In this document: positions 12,991 to 24,453 of the stretch, piece by piece
Numbering within the stretch: the first letter of the stretch is position 1
Layout: each line of letters starts with the position of its first letter
Source: Marsupella aquatica
Taxonomy: Eukaryota > Plantae > Marchantiophyta
DNA: 64,000 nucleotides
Assembly: GCA_973895155.1 (NCBI GenBank)
Contig: OZ316895.1
Span: 2,777,659 to 2,841,658 of the forward strand
Reading direction: 5' to 3'
Notes under the pieces: generated by a model
The model's input: the letters and a program-made list of their open reading frames with translations, nothing else
Databases searched by the model: none
Told to the model about the DNA's origin: nothing
Program-made: the position numbers and the translations under genes

Positions 12991-14166
12991 TTCTATCTAC
13001 AATCGGACGATAAAATGTTCTCTCGTAATGAACCAACTTGTTAGGCGTTATAATTAGCTCCTTCCGAAAATCAATCTGAACTATCGTCCTATGGTAGTCA
13101 TTTTGTAGCTTATATCCATCCATCAATCATGCAAGCTCTTCCAATCAATTCAAGTTCGGTCTTAAAACTTGTCTTATTCTCACATGGGCGAAAATTTTGT
13201 TACGAAGCTCCTTGTGGGCTGGAGTCAAAAAATTGTCACGTCCGGACTTATGTCACATATGCAGCTAGAGTTCTGGTGATAACTCTTCTTGGAAGAATTG
13301 TCAATCCTTGATAACCTAAACTAATCTCCACACTGCCTCAGGCCGAGGCAATGTCTGTACAAGATTCACCGATCCCGCTGGAAAAGACCAACTATTATTC
13401 GAAAATTCTCAGCAATGTCGTCGTAATGACAGAAACACTATCTAACTTTACGAAAGAGCAGTGATCCATCGTATAATTGCCCCTGCGAACACTTCCGACC
13501 ACTGCAGGAGCAAAATTCATAGCGAACTGTCCGCAGCCTTTGTAAAGACTATTGAGTAATCTACGTCAGCTGCGGATTGCATTTGTATCCGAGGCGTCTA
13601 GATTTGTGAATGGCCTGCCGCCTGCCCACCTTTAGTGGGCGCAGAGTAAAGCTATAGTCCTGAATGTCGATCAAAATCGTGAAAGTCGCTGATAGCAGAA
13701 CACCGAAAGGATTCTCATGCATTATTGTTTGTACAATTCCTGTTTGCTGGACGTTCCATTTCTATGTGCCCATGGAAGGATGGAAGACAGCCCCACTCGC
13801 GCGTCGTCACTACACATTTCCTCCCACAAGTGATCGAGATCCCCCAGATCGTTAACCCAGCCCGCCATGATGCCCTCCCTGGCTCCGAAGAAATGTATAG
13901 CGCAACGTCCTCGCTGCAATATGGATAATTTGTATGAAGTCGAGGATCTATGACTGTAATCTTTAGAAAGGGCTTCCAATTAGCCCGAGTATGGTGATTT
14001 TTCCTCTCCGAACGAGTGGCGGCGGCAACCCAGCTCTTCTCACCGCAACTTTCCTGGCAAAAGAACAATTCCATCGAGCAGCCAATCCAAGGCGTGCCGA
14101 TCTCTGGGAAAATGAATTCTGTACATCAAATTACCTGTAGCTCAATCGATCCCTGTTTAGGTGCAA

Positions 14167-16419
14167 TCAGTTAGCGGCAGTGGCCCTCGACGACTTCGCT
14201 GGGAAAACACCGTCGTTACCTGCCAGAACACGGTACTTGTCCTTTCGAGTGAAATTCGTGCACCCGAAACCAAGAGTTCCAGCGAGCAACCTCTGAATGT
14301 AGTTTGCCACCTCGTGGCTGGTCTTCCCACCGGAGCATGTGAGCTGCTTTGGCAACTGGCTCAAGAAGGTCACCTCGTATGTCGGAGCTGGATCCATGAA
14401 GAAATAGAACGGGTCCATGCCCTTCCAACCTGTGGCAGTGGTTCCGTGAAACATCGTCATCTTGTTGGAGATGGCCACAGGCACAATCTGGTCGGTCAGT
14501 TCAGCGAAGAGAGAGCTGAATCTGAGGAGAAATGGCTCCCTGCAGGTCGTTCCCTCGGGGCACATGGCCAAATCCCCCACCTCCAGCAGCTTCTTGATCA
14601 TGCTGGCGTCCTTCGTTCGGTCCCTGGTCAGAGGCACTGTCTTTATTGGGGAAATCACTTCAGACAGCCGAGAAATGGAGTAAGTCACGGCTGCTACTTG
14701 CCGACCGAGCGCGAAAGACAGCATCACGGGATCCAGGAGAGTTCGATGAGAGCAAACGAAGAGGACGCCGAGCTGCCCCTGTTCCGCGTTGGCAGCTACG
14801 GGAGGGCGACCTCTAACCACAATCTTTACCCCCAAGAAGCGCAGGGCATGGATCGCCAGGGGCGTCGGTAGGAGGATCCCGAAAGACATGCGGACGAGGG
14901 CGAGGAGGAATCCAAATGGGATGTAGACCAGGGTAAAAAGAGACACCAGTGGAGTTGGACGGCGAACGAATCTCCCGTCATGGAATATCAGAGGCATTGG
15001 CAAACTATCCTTTGGCACCGCGTCAGTGTCCAATTGTGGTACCATGTAACCTTCCTGCATATCAGAAAAGAGAGGCGGCAAACCCAATGAGTAATCAAAA
15101 TCGTCAAAATCGCTCCTGAACTCCACTTTGTTCAACAACACTCGCTCATCCGCTTAGCCAATCAATCATTACGCCAATGTGAGCCCAGTACATCAGCCCA
15201 AGGTCGAGCAATCTACTGGGGACAGGCTAGTTCAACTAATCACCTAAGGCAATGTGAGCCCGGCGGTGATAGAAATTTTCCGGTCTTCATGCAAGACAAC
15301 CCGCAAATCTTGAGCTTAACATTGCGTCCAGCTAGATCGACTTTTTTACAAGTTGCAAACCACATCGATTCCCGGGATTTGAGATGTATGAAGAAGCGGT
15401 GTAAGGAGCCTACTTAGGCTCCGGTTATTATTCCGACCGCCAGAGAAATGCCTCCAATCAGATCAGTTCCTGGGTACAGCTGCGTGAGTCGGAGGTACGA
15501 GGCATGGGCTCCCTTCACCACATCCCTCTAACGCGCGACTTTCTCACTCATTCCGGAAAGATAGATTTCGGTGTGACATTTCGGCAGACGATTGACGGAA
15601 CCCACAGATCGACAACATTGGAAGTCATCCCAATGAAAGACAGCCAATGTCTCCCGTAGATTGGCTTTCTAAGGGTACAAAGGTCGACTCGAAGGGCAAC
15701 GTCTCTACAGAAGAAAGCAAATTGTGAATGAAAGACAGGAGTCTCACCTTGCACATGGATATGAAGCCGGAATCGGACTCACGGTCCCCTACGCCAATAT
15801 CTGCAACCTGATCACCGAGCCTCCGATACAGTGCGTTGGACTTCTCCTCTCCAACAAGCACCCCTGGACTCTTCACAAACCCGGTGGCCCTGCCTCCTCG
15901 AGTAACCTCAATCTCCGTCCCGAGAACCTCATCCGCAAACAGGTACTCTTTGGCAAAAACTTCCACCATGATGCGAGGATTGGCCGTCAGCACATACCTT
16001 TTCCCAGCCGAGCTGAAAACTCGGAGTGTCTCGGGATGTACATCTTCGGCATAGAACCTGGGCAATACGGCTCGGGCGGCACTCTGGATGCACTTTTCTT
16101 TGAGGCCAGCGAAAGACACGAAAATCATGAGCTTGATCCCGGCAGCCTCTGATATGAAGTTGTACAGGACCCATATCAGGGGCGCTGCCAGTAACAAGAG
16201 CACTGCTCTGATGTAGCCTCCAACCTCAAAGGCAATCAGCATGAAGTATGGGAAGGAGCTTCGTCCTCTCAGCAGCGTCCCATCGAGATCAGACACGACT
16301 GTTTGCCTTTCTCTCCCTTCCGAACTACATTTGGCAACAGCAGGGAATTGATGAAGTGTTTCGGCCGCTTCATCTACCACCGATCCGGTAATAGAATCCA
16401 CGCCTCCTCGCCTGTGCAT
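14167..16419 (-). CDS. GPAT: sn-2 glycerol-3-phosphate acyltransferase (GPAT4/6/8-type, HAD-like phosphatase + acyltransferase), ~519 aa; exons 15748-16419, 14167-15054
   Basis: Exon 1 has VSDLDGTLL (DxD motif) and GVGDRESD. Exon 2 has CSHRTLLDP (HxxxxD), [10 protein letters not shown] and NFTRKDKY. One GT-AG intron at MCK|EGY. An upstream in-frame ATG at 16485 is an alternative start. Confidence 0.95.
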
Positions 16420-19279
16420 GGCGGCTCCTCTGTGTGTCAGGGCGTCGCAGAGGATCAGCCCTGCTGCTGCCCTGATGCTATTCATCAGTAAGGTGTACAC
16501 AGAACTGACTGAATGCTCAAATAAGCCTTCTCGAAGGCGACCGACACACTACGCTCTCGAGATCTCCTCTGTTGTTACTGTGTGTGAGGTTCTATGCTTG
16601 GCTCGGCTGAAGTCTTTACGACTTGCTACCTATTCACTGCGTATCACAATGATTAATGGGCATTTATAATCTTCTACTGACTATCACTCCCTCCCTGGAG
16701 AGACCCTGTCCTGATGAGGAGGCCGTGTGTCTGCAAGGTACGCTGGCTATGGTTCAGTCAGATGAGACGTCAGCTCGACGCACTCAACCGTATGCTTTAG
16801 GCTCCCCTCAACACCCTGTCTTACGAATTTTAAACAACTTTCAAAAACAGGCTCTCCAATCATCGAAACCTCAAGCTCTTGTTCGTTGACCTCGTAAACA
16901 AACCATGTCCCCACCTCAAATGACCTATTCAGCGGTGTGCAAAAGTAACAATCAGCGTGAGTAGCCAATTTAGAGGTGGGGCACTGGGCACTCAGCAGGC
17001 AATCCACTCATAAATGAAGTTAGCGCTGGCAAAGATGTCACTGACTCCCTGATTATAGGAGGAGAAAACTTTGAGTGCTGAAGTTGAGCCGTTGAGGAGG
17101 AGCAACCAGCGCCATCACTCCATCAGCCCAGCCATCAAGTAGGGCAGGCTGGCACTGGCAGACTAATGTAATAGTCAACGCAAACTACGCACACTTTAGG
17201 TCAGTAACTGTCTCTTTAGATTGATGTCGGGGCACCTGCAAAAATTCCCTTGGCTTCGGCAAACCCTTTGGATCATTCTCTAATAGTTAGTTCTCAAAAT
17301 CTCTTCCTCGGCGGCCGTGCCCCCCTCCGGCCTAAAAAGGTTCAGTGACTGGTTCGCAGAGTCCGAGAGCGTGAATTGGAACCACGCAGGTCCCACCACA
17401 GAGCTGTGCGGCACTCACTGTTTGCTGATGAGTAAAGTCTTTAATTCGCAATCGAAGCATCCATCACTCATGAATCCATGATCAATTGATCATTCTATAA
17501 TCTTCGATCCCATGAAAATATGAAATCAATCAAAGCTTGTGAGCTGTTCGGCTGTTCGGCTGTTCCTCTGGAGTATTCGATAACCTATAGTGCATTGGAT
17601 CTCATGATGGCACAAACGAGCTTTGTCGTGGTTTCTATCACCACACAGTTGATGAAGCTGCGCACAGCGCCACGTTGTGCTACTTCCGGAAGATTGCAGC
17701 AATTTTCGAAGTTCTCAGCTACAGGACATGGATTGCCGAATGGCGAATCGCGAGCTGCCTCGATTTCCGGTAATCTCTCGTCTCCTCTCATGGCTGCAAG
17801 AATCGCCGGTCGCAATTCTTGCAAGCAGCCGAAGAAAGGGCCTGACCCGCAAAGCTATGTAACTTGCAATCTTCCTCATCAAACTCACACTCGTACAGTA
17901 GTGGTGAGAATTCTAACGACGAGTGGCCATCTTTCTCCGCATTGCAAAATCGCGATTGGCTATTTCTGGTTTGCGAACGCTTCAGGCCGCAATTGTGAAT
18001 CGGAAGAGTTCAACCGCAGGTAAAGGAACTGTTCCTCCGGACGGAGTCGCGGAAACTTACTATGGTTAACTGTGGCCACCGACTGTAGACCGCGGCGGCT
18101 GTACTAATACGGACGGGACATGTATAGCTCGGTACCGTATTGAAAGAAGGGCGTTCGCTACAGTAGTAATGGGCTTCCGCATGGGCCGGTCATGACCATT
18201 GACGAATTCTCCCCTTCTCCAGATTCCCGAGTTTCGCCAGTTTGGCGATCTTCCCAAAACGGAATACCGGTATGGTGGCAGAGAATCTGATCTACCGTAG
18301 TCATAGCCTGGTTTGCAATCAAGGGCTGCGAAAAATGAATTAACTGTACTTTGGGTCTTGAACAGAAATGAGTAAAAACACTCACACTGGTCATTACAAT
18401 TAGTTTTGGTAATGTTATTTCTGTATCCTACATCTTTTTGGGCCTATTCCTCAATTCATTTCACTAATTTTAATTGTGTACTAACACTAATTAGTGTATT
18501 AAATAACATTAGTGTACTACTAATTTTAGATTTTGCATAACACTATTTGGAGAGTAAAGATAAAAATGACATTGCGGAAGAGAGTGTCTCATACACCCAA
18601 GATATTAGAAAAATAAAAGTTAGCGCTAGGGAGCCAAGACTCAACAGGACTCCACTACTTGACAAACAATGTTTGCGCAAATCAAAAGTAGGCCTAGGCA
18701 AATTTGAATTATTGTAGTTTGAGGAATTCCAACCCTAAAAAAATAGTGTTAGCCCCAAAACCCATTGCATTTAGTGTTATTTTCTATTCAAAACTGCCCC
18801 ACTCATTAGGATTACCAACATTAATTATGGACCAACATTATTTCAGAGATAGGACCACTTATGGCAAACTGTGTACTAGTCTCCTCACCCCCAATAGTGA
18901 CATACATCAATTGTAAGGAACCCATTTGAGGGTGATCGAGCCCCCACAGGGACCTACACCACCCGCACCAGGATGGAGAAAGTATTAAATCAGAACCCCA
19001 AAGTGGACAACCAGGGACTCAGTTGATAATCAGAACTCTAAACCACTTACCTACCCACAAAACATATTACACCCACACACATATATACTCCACACCCGAG
19101 TGTGTGGTGGGGGATTGAACTTAGGACATTTCAGTTCCAGGTTAATAACTGACCTAAGCCAGTTAGTAGGCTATTGAATGTACTTTCAAGTTGATGTAAT
19201 CCAATAGCAAAAAGTTTTCTAACCAAAATGTTTTCTGAGAAGTTAGAGGCTTTCCGGTATTTTCTAAAAAACATTTAAA

Positions 19280-19380
19280 GGGAAATCTATGAAACCCCAC
19301 AGAAAGGGAAGAGTCAGCACACAACATTTGAACCCAAGACCTATCAGTCTGAACTACCACAAAATCATGCCTCTCTGGGT
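19280..19380 (-). repeat. Short dispersed repeat, tRNA/SINE-like, copy A
   Basis: Homologous to 62672-62780. The minus strand reads ggcatg..tgtggtag...aggtcttgggttcaaat (A/B-box-like) followed by a T-rich tail. Confidence 0.55.
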
Positions 19381-22300
19381 GGCTTCCCAGTATTTGGCGG
19401 CCTCCTAGCCAAAACATGTATTCACAACCTATTTCAACCCAGAAATATGTTTTTTTAAAACACATTGCACACTATTTCACCATGTTGTGTCTGAATTTTG
19501 ATTTCTTCTCATTTTCATGTAATCAAGAGCATGTCTTTCCCGGACTGATGCATCTGCTACATCAAATTTGTGCACTGGACTCCAGAATATTTGTAAATTA
19601 TGTATTTGAAGTGCCAGCCTAATTGGCCAACACAAATCTTGGGTAAGAATTTGGCCAATTGCCAACAGAAACCTACACTTCTAGAGTGAAACTTCTAGAC
19701 CAGAACTCTAGATAAAAACAAAACTAATAAATACAAAATTGAAAATGAAGTGCATACCAACAACAGGGATGGGGACAAAGATGAATCAGAAAGGCTTACA
19801 TTATTTTGCAGGGCCTTTTTTGTCAAGTTTTTATTACGGACCCCACTAGAGGTCCCTTCCAAAATTCCTGGCACCACAGAGTGCTACATCAACAACAACC
19901 GCAACAAACAAGACTCGTCAGTTTTGTGAATCAAACTTATAGTTTTCATTCATGTTTGTGTCAATTTGGGTGTAAATTTTGGGACGTCGTGCCATAAAAG
20001 GAAAAGTAAAAACATTGGAAATGCAAATAGCAGGATGGTTAAAACTGTCACTATGTAACCGTTTTAGTTACATTTCCAATTTTAAAACTTAAATGCAAAG
20101 ATTTATAAAAAGTATGTTTTGTATAATAAATAATGACTAATAACTAACTTGATAACTTCCTTGTTAAACTGCAACTCCCGGTATGTAAGGACCTCTCGTA
20201 TTGTATGGCCATTAATGTTGGGAAGAGCACATAGAGACCCAGGATCGGGGAGGAGGAATGGCTGGAATCTTGAAAGTTCATCAAATTTTATACTCAAAAC
20301 TATTTACTCATTCTCAAAACAAAAAATACCCAGTCGTAGATCTCATTGAGATCTTTCTTTTGCACCCTAGATCGCCTTCTAACATGGATGAATAAGATTT
20401 CTAGAGGCATTACAAAATGGACGGCAAAGATCGTAAAATCAACAAAATCGACGGCTAGGAAGGCTTGGATTTGTTTAATTTTTCATTTGAAAAATATTAA
20501 CCCATTTGCAAAACGGACAGAACCCATCCATAGATCTATTTGAGATCTTTCTTTTGAGCCATAGATTGGCCATTATGATGGACGGACGAGATTTCCGGAG
20601 ATAAGAAATGGAGACGGCTCAGATCGACTCTTCCCCCTGATTTTATTAGCCAAGGGGTCCACGAACTAATTTTGTCTTATCTCTGTTTACTTTCAAGGAA
20701 TTGATAATGAGGCTAGTGTGACACTAAAAAAACAATAATCCCAGTGCTGTCTACATTGGATTTGGGCCCTCCAAATTGGGGGTAACCCAAGACCATATTG
20801 CGGTATACTCTGAATTTGGGCCCTCCAAATTCGGGGATTCGGGGATAGCCCAGGACTCCTTTAGCACCTTCGCAAACGACCCATGATTTTTGTCAGCTTG
20901 CCAGATACGGCCTACCGTCTACAGGACGTGGAGTATAGTATCCTCTTTGGACCTCTTTTTCTTTGGATTACTTTTTCTTTCCTTTCATTGTAATTTGTTT
21001 TTACCCTGTTTATAAACTTTGGTGGAATTGCAAAACATTGCAAGAACGAAACGTGAATGATGGGTTTCGACTCCGCCCTACTGTAGTTACTGATCCAATC
21101 TTGTCAATTCCCAGCAATAGTCCACTTTTGGCAGGAACATGGAGATATGCTGTAGTGATGCCCAATTTTAGACCAGATATTAAAAAATTGTTAAGTAAAA
21201 TCTTTCTCAGGTCCTCTTAGATTCTGTGATTATAGTCTTCGTTTCATTCGCATGACATTCTCTTGTTTTGCACGGTCAAAGTGCTTTCAACGTTGACACT
21301 TTCTCCTTTTTGAGCTTGAGATTGAGTTCCCCTAATTTTTCTTCTTTATTGAAAGGAGGTGGTACACTCAAATATGTACCTGGAGTCTTTGCATCGCGAA
21401 TTCTTGTATCACGGCTTATCCAAGGATTCTATGTGAAGGAGCCTATGATCCTGCTCTGCAATTTATTTACAACTTCAACATTATGTAATGTTCCGCTATC
21501 ATGGAAGCTTTGAGATTCTTTTTTTGTCTCTTTGTCACAAACTAGCCTGATGTCCTGCCGGCAGCAGTTACTCAATAGTCTTGACACTTCTCCATTATTT
21601 TAGATATTTGGGAGTGTCGCAAAATCCTTTTCAGTTTACCTTCAACTCAATATCTCTATCGGCAGAATTGGCTCCTGTTTGCGACACTGCTGCTCAATAA
21701 CTAGTGGCTCCCACCAGACGCATGATGATCTGTTCTCTACTACAAATCAATCTCTATGCCCTTCACTATGTCTTTTGAATACCCAAATTTCTTGTCCCAC
21801 AATAATCATGATCTGTATGCGACTACCACACTTGGAAAATTCAATACATGCAGCAACAATTCAATCAACTGGAGATCATCAGGAGACCAATGAAAGACTG
21901 GAGTTCAATCAACAGTGAGATCAACTGGAGTTCATTTGATGTTTTACTTTTGAAATTTCCCAGTCTTTTCCAGTTCCCGTGCCTAATTATTTTTGCTGAC
22001 CAATTTTAGCTTGCTTCACTAGAATTCACTTTAGCAACCTTCAATTCCAATATTAATCAAATTTTAGCAAGCTTCACTTTCAATTTTAGCCAGCTTCACT
22101 AGAATCAACTTGAGCAACTTTGGCAAGAAAATTGTTCCAAGTCAATTTGGAAGGCACTTCCCGTGGCGTCTACAATAAACATTTATATCTTAACTTTTAA
22201 TTTATTTACAATTTGATATGTGGAGAGTGGAGCACAAGTTCACAAGAAGCTAGAGTGGGTTCGATTGGAAGGACAACAGGAGTATATGAACAGAAAGTTA

Positions 22301-22686
22301 AATACACAACTGTGGCGAGTTTTACATATAAATCTGTAGAGTGGCCTTTATGGAAAACAGAGCATGAGCAAGTGGAGGAACGACACAACTATATATAGCG
22401 GCTTTTAATGTGAAGGGAAGCATGGCTCAACTAGCTATGGGTTTATTCGGTCTAAAGCCTGTATGACAACCCCTTGCTCAATGTCATTCCACTCCTTGGT
22501 TAAAATGGCTTGAAAATCTCCATCCTTTAATTTGGGTCTTGTTGGCAAATTCCCGGCCTCTCTTTGTCTGTTCATATTTGCTTATAGTAATAGATATTAT
22601 TGTAAAGCAAAAAGGCATTTCACAACTGTATTCATAGAAGTGGCTCTTTGTCCTTCTTTTCAGTTTAAGTACAGGTTTAGGGTTTA

Positions 22687-23036
22687 GGGTTTACTACAAT
22701 ACCATTCTTTTATGACATAATACACACATTGCCACGGTTTTTTTTTTCTATTTAGCACTATGCCATGGATTTCAGGTTTGGGTTACTAAAGTAACTCAGG
22801 TTAAGTCTTGGGGATCTGACGGCTGTAACAACTCCATATGGCCAGATCAAACGGCTAGTAATGCCCTCGTCTACACAACTGCCACCCTCGGATCCTTTTA
22901 CGCAGGGGTGGGTCGGCTGCCCCCATGGTCATTCTCGCATGCATGCGCTGCTTAACTGTGCACCCGGCTAAGGACCATGGCCGGTCTCCCCCAGCAACTA
23001 CGATTTGAGGTCCTGGCCCCGATTTGAGGTCTTGCC
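22687..23036 (+). repeat. Left TIR of MULE (~350 bp; weaker similarity continues ~50 bp further)
   Basis: Near-identical inverted copy at 27475-27819. Confidence 0.9.
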
Positions 23037-23576
23037 CGCGGCCGTGCCTTCTCACAATCGAGAAGATCCCTTCCCCCTGCCCAGCTCACACATCAGAAAT
23101 TTGGCCCATTTTTGCCTCCATAGCTTCTTCCCGCATCGACGCTGCCCGACTACCTGCACACTATCGAGCTTGAAACGGCAATGCCCAAATCACACATTCA
23201 ATCAAGGAAGTAGCTGGCGGCATAGCCAGGAGCTAAGCTTCGAACGGCCATAGAGCTGCAATCGCAGGCGTGGCACAGCTTCTCAGCGGCAGCGCAATAG
23301 GGTAAATTGGACCATCAGCTTGAGCTGGACTCTCCATTGCCAAGGCGCTGTTGTTATCGTAAGGTGATTGAAGCACTTCTCTTTTGATTTGGGCTGCGTG
23401 CAATTATCCAACCTCACTGTGCTTGCTAGCAATGTTCCGGCCAAGGAGGAGAGATTTAATCGATCAGCCACAGGACCTGTATACTGAAATCTGCTTTTGG
23501 TTATGATTTCACCTATATTGCATTTTTGTATTGAATTTTTGCACATTGAATTACTATTTTGCAAAGCCTCCTGCAA

Positions 23577-24182
23577 ATGGCATTTGCTGAGAAGTTACTT
23601 ATAGCTAAGGATGCTCTCACTGGAGTGATGTGGTCTGCGGTTGTTATAATGTTTGAGGGTGTGTTCTGGTCCTTGTTAGGACTCCTAAGTGAGTGCTTCC
23701 GCTTCTTGCATGAGAGTCTAGAGCGAATCATTGCACTTGCCCATCCTCCAGCGAATACACTAGTGTTGAACAATGAACATGGACATGTAGTCCATGAACC
23801 ACAGCTTGAGCATCCTGCTCCACAGGTCATCCATCCTCTCCCTGAGGCATGTACAGCTGCACCAATGCTTCAACATAATGAGGCACCTCAAGTCCTTGAA
23901 GCCCACTATGCACAACAATTGCCTCATGTACATAAGCCGGGGGCTGGGATAGTGGATTCTTCAGAGCTGCGAATAGGACAGCTCCCACTGTATTCCTGTA
24001 GTAATGGATTTCTACATTCCAGGAAGAGATGCTATGTTGTGGCTAGGGGTCGGAGCCCTGGTCTATACGAATGTTGGGAGGAGGCTTTGCAGCAAGTATC
24101 TGGCTATAGTGGCAACAAGCACAAAAGCTTCACTTCCAGACATGAGGCAGAGGAGTGGCTTCGCTTCCACATTCATGCATAG
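23577..24182 (+). CDS. MULE accessory ORF (201 aa): N-terminal hydrophobic segment, H/P/Q/E-rich linker, C-terminal RNase H1 N-terminal hybrid-binding / Caulimovirus viroplasmin (Cauli_VI-like) domain
   Basis: Uninterrupted ORF from ATG 23577. Residues encoded by ~24021-24161, RKRCYVVARGRSPGLYECWEEALQQVSGYSGNKHKSFTSRHEAEEWL, match the pattern YxVxxGRxxGxYxxWxxxxxQVxGyxGxxxKxFxxxxEAxxw of this domain. Possible upstream exons are not excluded. Confidence 0.8.
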   Translation: MAFAEKLLIAKDALTGVMWSAVVIMFEGVFWSLLGLLSECFRFLHESLERIIALAHPPANTLVLNNEHGHVVHEPQLEHPAPQVIHPLPEACTAAPMLQHNEAPQVLEAHYAQQLPHVHKPGAGIVDSSELRIGQLPLYSCSNGFLHSRKRCYVVARGRSPGLYECWEEALQQVSGYSGNKHKSFTSRHEAEEWLRFHIHA

Positions 24183-24453
24183 TGATAGAGTTTGCTCAAG
24201 AAAAAGCTTAGGGTATACATAGTATACTACTCAGTCCTACAATAGCAATGGCCATGTGCATGGAAGCAATTTTTGTATACTCCTCTATCAATTCAATGAC
24301 ATTCAAACAACAATTGTGGGTTTCCTCTTCTGTCCAAAATCTCAGTGCTGCACCAGGTTCAGAGTAAAATTCTTCTCGATACACATAAATTGTGACAATC
24401 ATTATAAATTATACTTAGTCAAAATTTGACCAAGTACAGAACTGTGGTCGATC

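Noticed and set aside
14161-14871. 236-aa plus-strand ORF
   Set aside because: Antisense shadow of GPAT exon 2.
17520-18023. 167-aa ORF upstream of GPAT
   Set aside because: No recognisable domain or splice support.
20330-20630. Imperfect direct repeats with GACGGC/GATC motifs suggesting a MITE
   Set aside because: Could not define termini or a TSD.
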